Shown here piece by piece: positions 9,329-18,781 of a DNA stretch of 64,000 nucleotides (position 1 is the first letter of the stretch; the number at the start of each line of letters is the position of its first letter). Origin of the DNA: Candidatus Latescibacterota bacterium. Its GTDB lineage: Bacteria > Latescibacterota > UBA2968 > UBA8231. Position numbers and translations under genes: made by a program. The DNA lies in contig OZ242005.1 of NCBI GenBank assembly GCA_965204725.1, forward strand, positions 448,001-512,000, read 5' to 3'. The notes beneath the pieces are model-generated. The model worked only from the letters and a program-made list of their open reading frames with translations, was not told the DNA's origin and made no database searches.

Positions 9329-10465
9329 ATGAAAATTGCCGATGTCAGAGCGTTCCCATTGCGGATCGGTGAGAAGCCCGACGAGGCCGGCGGCGATTAC
9401 CACGTGGATCGCTCGGCATTCACCACGATCTACTCGCGCCATCACGAGACCACAGTCATCCGCGTTGAAACGGACAACGGAATTGTCGGATGGGGTGAGG
9501 CGCAGTCGCCGGTGTCGCCGAACACGACTGCGACGATAGTGCGCGAATTGGTGCGGCCGCTGGTCATGGGGTGCGACCCGTTCGACATCGAGGCGATTTG
9601 GACGCGCAACTATGCGGCGATGCGGGAGCGCGGCCATCCAACGGGTTTCTACATCGACGCGCTCGGAGGGACTGACATCGCGTTGTGGGACATCGTGGGA
9701 AAGGCCGTTGGGAAGCCGGTACACAAAATTGCGGGAGGGCGGTATCGAGACGCGATCTTGCTCTACGCAGGAATTGGCGGCACCGACCCGGGGCAGGTTG
9801 CGGATGCGGCTGAGGAGCATCTAAGCTACGGGTACAAGGCGTTGAAGTTGCACTTGCTGCTCGATGGGGAGGGCGTCGCCGAGATTTGCCGCGCCGTGCG
9901 CCAGCGCGTCGGCCCGAGCATCATGCTCATGGTCGATACGCATACGCGGCAAACGGTCGCGAGCGCCATATTGCTCGGTCGCGAGCTTGAGAAGCTAGGT
10001 TGCACTTGGCTGGAGGCGCCGATCATGCCGGAGGATATCCCCGGGCAGGCCGAGATAACCCGGGCATTGGATATGGCGGTGGCGATAGGGGAGTGGTCGC
10101 GCACTCGGTACGAGATGCGCGAGCAGTTCGAGCGCCGGGCCTACGACATCTTAATGCACGACATCGCTCGGACGGGGATTACCGAGGGGCATCGGATTGC
10201 GACGCTAGCCGACACCTACAACATTCCGGTCGCCCCGCATATCGGCGGGGGTGGAATCTTGGCGACTGCGGCGACCGTCGAGTGGTCGGCGTCGTGCCCG
10301 AACTTCATGATCATGGAGCACGCCCACCACGCCAACGCGATCAAGAGTCGGATCCTCAAGGAGCCGTACGAACCCGAAAGCGGCTACTACAAAGTTACCG
10401 ATCGGCCGGGTTTGGGTGTTGAGGTGGATGAGGCCGCGTTGGAGATATATAGCCGTCCTAAATGA
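9329..10465 (+). CDS. Mandelate racemase/muconate lactonizing enzyme family protein
   Basis: GIVGWGE, DIALWDIVGK, KLH, MVD, WLEAP, GE, PGLGVE; last codons come from a MITE end. Confidence 0.9.
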   Translation: MKIADVRAFPLRIGEKPDEAGGDYHVDRSAFTTIYSRHHETTVIRVETDNGIVGWGEAQSPVSPNTTATIVRELVRPLVMGCDPFDIEAIWTRNYAAMRERGHPTGFYIDALGGTDIALWDIVGKAVGKPVHKIAGGRYRDAILLYAGIGGTDPGQVADAAEEHLSYGYKALKLHLLLDGEGVAEICRAVRQRVGPSIMLMVDTHTRQTVASAILLGRELEKLGCTWLEAPIMPEDIPGQAEITRALDMAVAIGEWSRTRYEMREQFERRAYDILMHDIARTGITEGHRIATLADTYNIPVAPHIGGGGILATAATVEWSASCPNFMIMEHAHHANAIKSRILKEPYEPESGYYKVTDRPGLGVEVDEAALEIYSRPK

Positions 10466-10553
10466 CTCGAAAGCATGGAATGTTGATAGGCACGGTCTTT
10501 TTGCTTATAAGGCGTCATTCCCGCGAACGCGGGAATCCAGTCTTGAACGATGT
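10448..10553. mobile_element. MITE copy B1 (GTCATTCCCGCG-N-GCGGGAATCCAG cargo)
   Basis: Left end TATAGCCGTCCTAAATGA; matches the reverse complement of 37112-37230 and 27472-27551; right end decayed. Confidence 0.75.
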
Positions 10554-10612
10554 TCGGAAACAGGGCAAAACACAAATTGGACCGACGGAGCAACCAACAA
10601 AGGAGGATACGC

Positions 10613-11377
10613 ATGCAGAATTCAAAAGTGAACGTTGCAGCCGTCTTAATGGCTGCGGCGTTATGCCTTACTCATGCCGTCCCCGGGCGGTCGGAGCCGG
10701 TCGAGAACAAAAGAAAGGTGTACGTCGGCACCATGGTCGCCGTCTCCCTCGCCCAAGATCTGCACCACCAAACCTCTTTTACCGTCTTGGACAACGAGCT
10801 GACAGCTTCGGGCGACCTCGCCATTGGCTACGGCTACGGCTTCGCGGCTGTTGTGGGAAGGGGGATTTCCGATTACGCGGCCCTTGAACTGACCGGCTCT
10901 TGGTCGAAACAGTCATCTGTCCTCGGGGTTTCCCTGCCCGCCGTCTTGCAGGAATTTTCTAGCGGCGATTTTGAGCTGCCTGCTGGTTTTAGCTACGACG
11001 GGAAATTAGTATCACTCCAGTCGAAAATCGATCTGCTGGTCTATCCGACAAAAATGGCCATGACGCCCGGAGACGGCGTGAAGCCGTACCTCGGCGGCGG
11101 CGTGGGCATCGTGCGCCCAAACATGGACATGGATATTGAGCGGGATGAGCCAACGCAGGCATTTATCGAGACTTTGGAGGAGCTCGGTTTTGCAGAACTG
11201 CTTCCCGAGAAGATAGACGACCGTGGAACCGACTTGCAGTTGACCTTGCGCGCCGGCGTAAACGTGCCTTTCAACGAAATGGATTTGGACTTGGGATGGC
11301 AGTTCTACAGAACGTATATCGAAGGGGAAAACAACAGTTCCCACATAGCGAGCGGCAGCCTGAAGTACGCGTTTTGA
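10613..11377 (+). CDS. Outer-membrane beta-barrel protein (OmpA/OmpW-like)
   Basis: AGGAGG RBS before ATG 10613; signal peptide; KPYLGGGVG strand; C-terminal LKYAF. Confidence 0.8.
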   Translation: MQNSKVNVAAVLMAAALCLTHAVPGRSEPVENKRKVYVGTMVAVSLAQDLHHQTSFTVLDNELTASGDLAIGYGYGFAAVVGRGISDYAALELTGSWSKQSSVLGVSLPAVLQEFSSGDFELPAGFSYDGKLVSLQSKIDLLVYPTKMAMTPGDGVKPYLGGGVGIVRPNMDMDIERDEPTQAFIETLEELGFAELLPEKIDDRGTDLQLTLRAGVNVPFNEMDLDLGWQFYRTYIEGENNSSHIASGSLKYAF

Positions 11378-11388
11378 GTCGCCGCGCA

Positions 11389-11417
11389 TTGCCCCGAGTG
11401 AGGGCTTGGCCTATATT
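11389..11417 (+). promoter_or_regulatory. Putative sigma70 promoter of the thiamine operon
   Basis: TTGCCC-17 nt-TATATT about 20 nt upstream of the riboswitch. Confidence 0.5.
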
Positions 11418-11437
11418 GTAAAACCTTGAGAATAGCT

Positions 11438-11519
11438 TCCGTTGGGGGTGGCCCGGTCGCGGGCCTGAGATCAAAACCCTTTGAACCTGAACTGGATCGT
11501 GCCAGCGTAGGGAAACGGA
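11438..11519 (+). ncRNA. TPP (THI-box) riboswitch
   Basis: GGGG...CTGAGA...ACCCTTTGAACCTGA-ACTGGATCGTGCCAGCGTAGGGAA; P1 TCCGTT/AACGGA; thiN lies downstream. Confidence 0.95.
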
Positions 11520-11540
11520 TGTCGTACGCACCGCGTACGC

Positions 11541-11573
11541 ACCGCTGGCCCATCCGGGGCGAGCGGTTTTTTT
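11541..11573 (+). terminator. Intrinsic terminator (riboswitch expression platform)
   Basis: ACCGCT-GGCCC...GGGC-GAGCGGT stem followed by a T run, between aptamer and start codon. Confidence 0.75.
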
Positions 11574-11649
11574 ATGCGCCCTCAACGGAATTTTCCGCAA
11601 GAGCGACCCCAAATCGCCCTTGCCCATGCGAAACGAGGGAGCATACCTA

Positions 11650-14001
11650 ATGAGAATTCCACTGCCGTCGGCCAGCTTGCTGGCCGGTTTATTGACGCTG
11701 GCGACGCTATCTTGGGCGCGGGCCGAAGAGGTGCCCGGCCAAGTGTTGGACGCGGCCACCGGGCACCCCTTGGCCGGGGCCAATGTGCAGGCCGGGAACC
11801 GAGCCACCACCACCGACGCCGAGGGCCGCTTCAAGGTGGAGGCGGCCCCGGGCGACTCCCTCGACATTTCCTTTATCGGCTACCAGAGCGTGCGGGTAGC
11901 GGCCATCGCGCCGCTGATCGTGGCCTTGGAGCGCCATATTTTGCAAGCACCCGAAGTGGTGGTGGAAGGCGGCCTAACGCGCCAGCGGCTCGACCGCTTG
12001 GCCGCCAGCGTCACGGTGGTCGAGGGCGACCGTTCCCAAGCCAGCGGGGCCGGGCACTTGCAGGACGCGACCCATGCTGTGCCCAATTTGAATTGGGCCG
12101 GTGGATCGTCCCGGCCGCGCTATTTCCAGATCCGCGGCATTGGCGAGCGCAGCCATTACGCCGGCGAAGGGCCGCCCAGTTTTTCAGTGGGATTCGTCCT
12201 GGACGATATCGACTTGAGCGGCATGGGCACGGCCGGTTTGCTCTTTGACCTCGATCAGGTCGAAGTCTTCAAAGGCCCCCAGTCAACCATTTTTGGCCCC
12301 AACGCCTTGGCCGGTCTAATCAATTTGCGCTCGGCCAACCCTCAGCCGGGGCTTGCCGGGATGGGTCGCGCCGAAGTGGGCAGCGATGGTTTAGGGCGGT
12401 TTTCCGGAGCGGTGAATGTGCCGGTAGGGACCGATCTAGCCCTGCGCGTGGGGTACGAGAACGGCCGCGCCAATGGCTTTCGCGCCAACGCCTTTCTCAA
12501 CGCCGACGATACCAATCACCGGCGCGAGCAGTTGCTGCGCGTCAAGCTAGGCTGGACGCCAGCGGCCGGCCCCGAGGTGTTGGGCACCTTCTTTTGGGCC
12601 GATATGGACAATGGGTACGACGCTTGGGCACCCGACAACAACGAGGGGCTGACCACCTATTCCGACAAGCCGGGCAAGGACCGCCAGCAGACGACCGGGG
12701 CCTCGCTCAAAAGCACTTGGGGGCTGGCCGGAAGCGACGCCGAATTGGTGGCGATTACCGCGTTTTCGCGCAGCGAACTGGAGCACAGCTTTGACGGCGA
12801 TTGGGGCAACGACGCGTACTGGCTGCAAGAACACGGCTTCGACCCAGAGGCCGAGGGATGGAGCTACGACTTTTTCGATCGCAACGTGCGCGATCGCACG
12901 GTTTTGAGCCAAGAGGCCCGGCTCTTGGTCGAGGAGCTGGTAGTGGGAGCCTATTGGAAGCGGCTCGAAGAGGAAGACCATGCAGCGGGCTATTTGTTCG
13001 GCGGCGACGCCACAGACCTGAACGGGCGCTACGAAATCGATAATTTGGCCTTTTACGGCCAGTACGGGCTGGTCTTGGGTGCAGGGTTGCGGCTCGAAGT
13101 CAATGCGCGGCTCGACCGCAACGATACGGCCTATAACGGGACGACGACGAACTACGGGGCCGATAGCACGCGCACCGCGTTTGCCGTCGATCAATGGCTG
13201 GGCGGTGGCAAAGCCTCCCTGAGTTACAACTGGCGTCCGGGCCAAACCCTGTACGCTTCGGCCTCGCGTGGCTACCGCTCGGGCGGGGTCAACCAGCACC
13301 CGTACTTGGCTGCGGAGAACCGCCCCTACGACCCCGAATACCTAGTCAACCTCGAACTCGGCTGGCGCGCCAGCGGGCCGCGTTATTCCACCAGTCTGAC
13401 CCTGTTCCACGCCCTGCGCTCGGCCCAGCAGGTCGAGTTGTCGAGCCAGCAGGACCCGGGCGACCCCAACAGCTTTTTCTACTTCACGGCCAATGCCGTC
13501 ACAGGCCGCAACAGCGGCTTGGAATGGGAGCAGACCTTCCGCCCTCTGCCCTCAGTTGAAGTCTTCGGGTCGCTGGGCTTGCTGACCACCCACATTGATA
13601 CGTACACCTTCCCCATCGCAGCAGGTGAGGAAGCGACCTTGGGCGACCGGGCCGCCGCCCACGCCCCCAACTACACCTTTAGCTTGGGCGGCGAATACCG
13701 CCATCGGTCGGGCTTGGAAGCGCGGCTGGCCCTGACCGGCATGGACCAATTCTTCTATTCTGATAGCCACGACCAAGTCTCCGAGCCGTACCAATTAGTC
13801 AACGCCCACCTCGCCTACGAGCGAGAAGCATGGTCCGTGCAGCTTTGGGGCCGCAACCTGCTCGACGAGCGCTATGGGGTGCGCGGCTTCTACTTTGGCT
13901 TGGAGCCGCCGGATTACGCCGATAAGCTGTACAAAACCTACGGCGACCCGCGCCAAGTCGGCGTGCGGCTGACGACGCGGTTCTCCTCCTTGGGCAACTG
14001 A
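11650..14001 (+). CDS. TonB-dependent receptor, probably for thiamine
   Basis: Signal peptide, N-terminal carboxypeptidase-regulatory-like domain, plug IRGIG and EVFKGPQSTIFG, C-terminal WGRNLLD; under TPP riboswitch control. Confidence 0.92.
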   Translation: MRIPLPSASLLAGLLTLATLSWARAEEVPGQVLDAATGHPLAGANVQAGNRATTTDAEGRFKVEAAPGDSLDISFIGYQSVRVAAIAPLIVALERHILQAPEVVVEGGLTRQRLDRLAASVTVVEGDRSQASGAGHLQDATHAVPNLNWAGGSSRPRYFQIRGIGERSHYAGEGPPSFSVGFVLDDIDLSGMGTAGLLFDLDQVEVFKGPQSTIFGPNALAGLINLRSANPQPGLAGMGRAEVGSDGLGRFSGAVNVPVGTDLALRVGYENGRANGFRANAFLNADDTNHRREQLLRVKLGWTPAAGPEVLGTFFWADMDNGYDAWAPDNNEGLTTYSDKPGKDRQQTTGASLKSTWGLAGSDAELVAITAFSRSELEHSFDGDWGNDAYWLQEHGFDPEAEGWSYDFFDRNVRDRTVLSQEARLLVEELVVGAYWKRLEEEDHAAGYLFGGDATDLNGRYEIDNLAFYGQYGLVLGAGLRLEVNARLDRNDTAYNGTTTNYGADSTRTAFAVDQWLGGGKASLSYNWRPGQTLYASASRGYRSGGVNQHPYLAAENRPYDPEYLVNLELGWRASGPRYSTSLTLFHALRSAQQVELSSQQDPGDPNSFFYFTANAVTGRNSGLEWEQTFRPLPSVEVFGSLGLLTTHIDTYTFPIAAGEEATLGDRAAAHAPNYTFSLGGEYRHRSGLEARLALTGMDQFFYSDSHDQVSEPYQLVNAHLAYEREAWSVQLWGRNLLDERYGVRGFYFGLEPPDYADKLYKTYGDPRQVGVRLTTRFSSLGN

Positions 14002-14005
14002 AACC

Positions 14006-14659
14006 ATGCGCGGTCGGTCTGCTCTAATCGTCGGCAATGGGGAGCCGCCCAAGCGAGAATTATTCGCCGCTTGCGCCCAAGAAGCCGAGCTTATTCTGTG
14101 CGCCGATGGCGGGGCCAATACCGCCCGGCGCTATGGGTACGCGCCCGATTACACCGTCGGGGATCTCGACTCGATTACCCACCCGCTCGCCGCCGACCGC
14201 CTCGTCCTCGTCGATCCCTCCGGCCATCTGGGCACGGACGGCCAAAAGGTCCTCAACCACGCGGTCACCTTGGGCGTTACGCACGCCGTCCTCCTCGGTT
14301 TTACCGGGCGGCGCACCGATCACCTGCTGGGCAATTTGAGCCTGCTCAAGACCTTTGCTGACCGCCTCGCCTTGCGAATGGTTGACGACTACTGCGACAT
14401 CCGCCTCATCCATCGCGGCATCCGCTTTCGCGCTGCTATAGGCCAGAAAATTTCCCTGTGCCCACTCAACGGCGCGGCGACCGGCATCACCACCGAGGGG
14501 CTGAAATGGCCCTTGCAGTCCGAGAGCCTCATCCCAGGCGTCCGCGAAGGCATCTCCAACGAGGTGGTGGCTAGTCCGGTTGAAATTCGGGTGGAGGGCG
14601 GCGATCTGCTGTTGTGCGTACAGCGGGAGGAGGGTTGCGGCGCGATTATCTTGGAGTGA
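14006..14659 (+). CDS. thiN: Thiamine diphosphokinase
   Basis: CADGGAN, GDLDS, TD, GRRTDH, EGLKWPL, GISN. Confidence 0.93.
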   Translation: MRGRSALIVGNGEPPKRELFAACAQEAELILCADGGANTARRYGYAPDYTVGDLDSITHPLAADRLVLVDPSGHLGTDGQKVLNHAVTLGVTHAVLLGFTGRRTDHLLGNLSLLKTFADRLALRMVDDYCDIRLIHRGIRFRAAIGQKISLCPLNGAATGITTEGLKWPLQSESLIPGVREGISNEVVASPVEIRVEGGDLLLCVQREEGCGAIILE

Positions 14660-14691
14660 TTATATTCGTAAAAGCATTAGGACAGATAGCG

Positions 14692-15549
14692 ATGACCGAT
14701 ACATGCAAGAGCCGTAAAATGACAGGGAGACATAAGCCGCTACCAGAGTTTGCAAGCCCACCCGTCGTCGAAGTCGCTGTCTCGGTGCGGTTTGACGCGC
14801 CGGTCCTCGATGGTCCACTGATCGCGCTTAGATGGGGGCAGGTTCGAGATCGGTTCCCACTGCGTGAAGAGGCTTCTCCCCTAACCTCAACAATCGAGAC
14901 GTTCGGGGGGCCACAAGAGCCTCGGATCGAAATTCAGTTTAGTGGTATTTCTCCTACCCAACGGCTTTTGATGCTGAGCAGTTCTAAAACGAAACTATTG
15001 CAGATCCAAAAAGATCTATTCGGGTACAGTTGGCGAAAGCTCCAACCACAACATGAGTATCCGCGCTATGAGAAAATACGGAACGACTTCGAGTGCGAAC
15101 TCGCCAACTTCCAAACTTTTCTCTCGGCAGAAAGGCTCGAACATCTATCCTCGGTCCAATGTGAAATAACCTACGTCAACCTCATCTTGCCCGAAAAAAA
15201 TGTCTGGAGCAACCATTCGGAGTTGGGAAAAGTGATTCCTTCGGCGGAATCCCGCCTCACCGAAGGCTTTCTGCCACCGCCCGAGCAGACGAGATACGTT
15301 TCTCAATATGTCATTTCCGGCGAGGATGATATTCCTCAAGGCAGACTATATGTAAGCGTCGAACCAACTTACCACATGCCGGACAAGACGCCGATGTACC
15401 TGATGAAACTCACATTTCGAGGGGATCCCCAAGGCGATGGCCCGGATGGTATCATCAAGGCTATGGACCTTGGGCATGAGTGGATAGTCCAAGGGTTTGC
15501 CACGCTAACTTCGAGTAAGATGCACCGCGTTTGGAGGAGGACGAATTGA
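14692..15549 (+). CDS. TIGR04255-like family protein
   Basis: PLPEFASPPVVEVAVSVRF N-terminus, LLQIQ...YPRY, ITYVNLI, C-terminal HEWIVQGFATLT...W; start 14692 or 14719; AT-richer than flanks. Confidence 0.8.
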   Translation: MTDTCKSRKMTGRHKPLPEFASPPVVEVAVSVRFDAPVLDGPLIALRWGQVRDRFPLREEASPLTSTIETFGGPQEPRIEIQFSGISPTQRLLMLSSSKTKLLQIQKDLFGYSWRKLQPQHEYPRYEKIRNDFECELANFQTFLSAERLEHLSSVQCEITYVNLILPEKNVWSNHSELGKVIPSAESRLTEGFLPPPEQTRYVSQYVISGEDDIPQGRLYVSVEPTYHMPDKTPMYLMKLTFRGDPQGDGPDGIIKAMDLGHEWIVQGFATLTSSKMHRVWRRTN

Positions 15550-16073
15550 CAATTATCGCACCTAGCCCCACCCCGGAGGTACGGGAATGGTCCTTCTCAG
15601 ACAGTGCTACTTTCGATGATTTTCTAGGGGCTCCCTCTTTAGTGCCTACGAGTGAAACAATCTCCCCGCCCACCATTGAAATGGTAAGTGTTGAGGTGCG
15701 GCATAGTAGGAAACAAGAACCACACGCGATGGAATGGCTCTATCCCACGCTTCGTGCAATGGCCGCTCTGCCGTGGTGGACGGACAATTGGGGTTCCGGT
15801 GCTACGCGTACTCAAATTAGGGCGATGGCCGGTATGTTGGAGATATTGGTTGCGATTCTCGATAGCCAAGCTCCGCCTCCCGCTGTCGTGCCCACTTGGA
15901 ATGGAGGAGTACAAGTTGAGTGGCATCGCAGTGGCATTGACCTTGAGATCGAAGTGGATCCAGCGGGAAATATAGAGTACTTCTTTAAGAGTCCTGACGA
16001 AGAATGCGAAGGGCGAAGCAACGGCGATTTTAGTCAGTTGTCTGAGTATGCTCGGGCAGTGATTGAACGCTAG
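15531..16073 (+). CDS. Conserved hypothetical protein (DNW...PTWNGGVQVEW...LEIE motif), candidate antitoxin
   Basis: 180 aa, overlaps the upstream stop; acidic S/T/P-rich N-terminus and folded C-terminal domain; start uncertain. Confidence 0.7.
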   Translation: MEEDELTIIAPSPTPEVREWSFSDSATFDDFLGAPSLVPTSETISPPTIEMVSVEVRHSRKQEPHAMEWLYPTLRAMAALPWWTDNWGSGATRTQIRAMAGMLEILVAILDSQAPPPAVVPTWNGGVQVEWHRSGIDLEIEVDPAGNIEYFFKSPDEECEGRSNGDFSQLSEYARAVIER

Positions 16074-16094
16074 AAATCACTGCCCGAGTGAACG

Positions 16095-16469
16095 ATGGAA
16101 CTCGACGACGCCAGCATCAGCGACGATGAAGTCGTGCTCCGCCGCATCGCTGAGGATTTCGTTACTGACGATCAAAACCTCCAAAGGCTTCGGCCTTCAA
16201 CCCAAGCGTTCAAACAGGACGGCCCTGATGGACTCGTTTCCGTGTATCTGATTTCGGAGACCGAGCCAGCTACGGTTGCGGATGAGGGCCCAGAGAAATT
16301 CCTAGCCTCTATAAGAGTGGGTGTATTACGCGAGTTGGGATTAGGGGTAGTGCGCGATCCCTCGTCGGGTGGCCTTGGGCACTGCGTTATCACGGGCAGA
16401 AAGACTAAGGGAACGCTAAACCAGATCGTTCGCAAGGCCAAGTGGATCGACGGATACGCGCCGGCATAA
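16095..16469 (+). CDS. Small hypothetical protein, candidate ADP-ribosyltransferase-like (RES/Tse2-type) toxin
   Basis: 124 aa; VLRR...RPSTQAF...VSVY...VVRDP...GHCVI pattern. Confidence 0.6.
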   Translation: MELDDASISDDEVVLRRIAEDFVTDDQNLQRLRPSTQAFKQDGPDGLVSVYLISETEPATVADEGPEKFLASIRVGVLRELGLGVVRDPSSGGLGHCVITGRKTKGTLNQIVRKAKWIDGYAPA

Positions 16470-16564
16470 GCGAATTAGTGCATCCCGCCCCAGCTCCTGC
16501 TTTCCCCTCAACCCAAGCCAGCAAGAGCCTCATCCCGGGCGTACGCGACGGCATTTCCAACGAG

Positions 16565-17515
16565 TCAGGCTGAGCAGCGAGCACCCCCGAGGACGCAAAA
16601 TTGGGCGCAGTGCGGATGGTTGAGCTTGACCGGGTCCCAGGCTTCGGCTAGGGTCTGGCCCATCTCAAAGGCCGCGTCATAAGGCAGCAAGGTGCAGGCG
16701 AGCACGACCGGAGAATCCGCGCCCTTGCGCCGTACTACCATGCGCGACGAGGCGCACATGATGTCGTCGGGCGACCGGCCGAGGAGGGCCCAGCAGCCGG
16801 TGGTAATCTCGGGCACGTCAACCGAGGGGTCCATCTCTGGGAACAGCAGGAGTTGGCTGGGGTCGGTCGCGTCAATGCGGACGCCGAGCTCGGCGAAGAG
16901 CCGGGCGAAGCCAGCGCGCAGCTCGCCTTCTTCGCCGCCCCAGCGCGTGCGGCTGGCGACCGCTAGGCAAAAGCCGCAATCGGCGAGCCAGCGCAAGCCC
17001 TCAATCATCGGCGTCCAAGAGCGGTCGCCGCGCTCGGCCTCGTGCAGCACCGGATCGTAGTGGTCAATGGAGACGCGAATCGCCAGCCGGTCACCGTGCG
17101 CTTGGCGCAACCGCAGCAGGCCATCGGCGCACTTCATCATCGGCCGCATGGCGTTGGTCAGCACCAAGCTCTCAAAGCCTCGCTCCAGCACGGCCGCGAG
17201 CATGTCGAGCATCTCGGGATTCATAAAAGGCTCGCCGCCGGTGAAGCCAATCTGGCGAGTGCCCAGCCCGTTGCGCTCAATCTCGTCGAGGTACGCGGCG
17301 ACCTCCGCTGTCGTGAGGTACACCAAGCGGTCGTTGCGCGGGCTCGATTCGATGTAGCAGTTGGCACACGCTAGATTGCAGAGGGTGCCGGTGTTAAACC
17401 ACAAGGTTTCTAGCCGCGTCAACGCGACGCGAGCACGCTCCTCCCCGTCGGCGGTGACGTCCGGGTCTTGGAACTTGAGTGGGTCTAGGCCGGGCCGAGC
17501 TTGCACTTGCGTCAT
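16565..17515 (-). CDS. Radical SAM protein
   Basis: CNLACANC (CxxxCxxC), FTGGEPF, LTNA; Cys-rich C-terminus; GGAG RBS. Confidence 0.9.
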   Translation of the reverse strand: MTQVQARPGLDPLKFQDPDVTADGEERARVALTRLETLWFNTGTLCNLACANCYIESSPRNDRLVYLTTAEVAAYLDEIERNGLGTRQIGFTGGEPFMNPEMLDMLAAVLERGFESLVLTNAMRPMMKCADGLLRLRQAHGDRLAIRVSIDHYDPVLHEAERGDRSWTPMIEGLRWLADCGFCLAVASRTRWGGEEGELRAGFARLFAELGVRIDATDPSQLLLFPEMDPSVDVPEITTGCWALLGRSPDDIMCASSRMVVRRKGADSPVVLACTLLPYDAAFEMGQTLAEAWDPVKLNHPHCAQFCVLGGARCSA

Positions 17516-17669
17516 GGTGTCTCCGGTCTGGGCTGGTCCCCAAGGGGACGGGGAGGCGTCGTGCGGCTGTACAAAGAGTCAATAGCTCAATAGACTGTCA
17601 AGGCGGGCGGCTCTGGCGAAATTGGGGTGGGATGAGTAGGTTGTCTGCTATCTAGAAAGGAGAACCACC

Positions 17670-18746
17670 ATGGAGAAGCACACCGTAGCGATCATCGGCC
17701 TCGGGCGCATGGGCAGCACCATCGACGACGAGGGACACGGCGACGTACCCTATTCGGTAGCGGCCGCGACTAGGGCGAGCGAGCGGCTCGAACTCGTGGC
17801 CGGCGCAGACCTCTTGCCGGACAAGCGCGCTGCGTTCCAAAGCCGCTGGGGCGCGGCCGTGTACGAGGACTTCCGCGACATGATCCACCGCGAAAAGCCC
17901 GATCTCGTCGCCATCTGCACAGCGGCCTGTTTGCCCAAGCCCGCCCGAGAAGCCCCGGACGCGCACTTCCGCGGCGACTCGCACGCCGATCTAGCAGTCG
18001 CTGTGGCCGATATGGGCGTACCGATGATATACCTCGAAAAGGCCATGGCCAGCTCAATGGAGCGCGCCGACGAAATCCGCGCGGCCGTACAGCGCAATAA
18101 TGCGCTCTTCAACACGGGCGTCCTGCGCCGCTTTGACAACCGCTACGAGGCGGTCAAGGACGCGGTCGCCGCAGGTCGGGTCGGCGAGGTCCGGGCCGTG
18201 ATTCACTACGCCAGTTCCAGCTTGATGCACGGGCACATCCACTCCATTGACACCGTATCCTATCTCATCGGCGACCCGGCGATTGCGGCCGTCCGCGGCG
18301 AGCTTTTGCCCCCCGGCTTGCAAGTCGAGGGCAATCACATTCCGTCCGATCCGTTGGCAACCTATCAACTGCGCTTTGCCAACGGCGTGGAGGCGTGGTC
18401 CATTCCAGCGGCCCCGTGGGAATTTGAGGTCATCGGCTCGGAGGGCGCGATTCGCTCGTGCAACAACGGGGCCGACGTTTTGCTGCGCCGGCCCGGCGTC
18501 CCCCAAGGGCGGCGCGTGTCGTGGGAGGAGGAGCTCGTAGAGCCTGTGACGCCGCGCAGTACGACCCAGTGCTGCTTAGAGGATTTGGTTGCGGCCCGCG
18601 AATCCGGCCAACCCACGCGCGGCCATATTGACGTGACCCACCACATCACAGAAGCCACCATCGCCGTCGCCGAGAGCCACCGCCAAGGCGGCGCTTGGGT
18701 CGAGTTGCCGCTGCCTTCCCGCGACCTATACATTTTTCACGTCTAG
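17670..18746 (+). CDS. Gfo/Idh/MocA family oxidoreductase
   Basis: IIGLGRMG Rossmann motif, LEKAM, HSID. Confidence 0.88.
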   Translation: MEKHTVAIIGLGRMGSTIDDEGHGDVPYSVAAATRASERLELVAGADLLPDKRAAFQSRWGAAVYEDFRDMIHREKPDLVAICTAACLPKPAREAPDAHFRGDSHADLAVAVADMGVPMIYLEKAMASSMERADEIRAAVQRNNALFNTGVLRRFDNRYEAVKDAVAAGRVGEVRAVIHYASSSLMHGHIHSIDTVSYLIGDPAIAAVRGELLPPGLQVEGNHIPSDPLATYQLRFANGVEAWSIPAAPWEFEVIGSEGAIRSCNNGADVLLRRPGVPQGRRVSWEEELVEPVTPRSTTQCCLEDLVAARESGQPTRGHIDVTHHITEATIAVAESHRQGGAWVELPLPSRDLYIFHV

Positions 18747-18781
18747 GAGGCCCCTTAACACTTACCACGAAAAGGATATAC

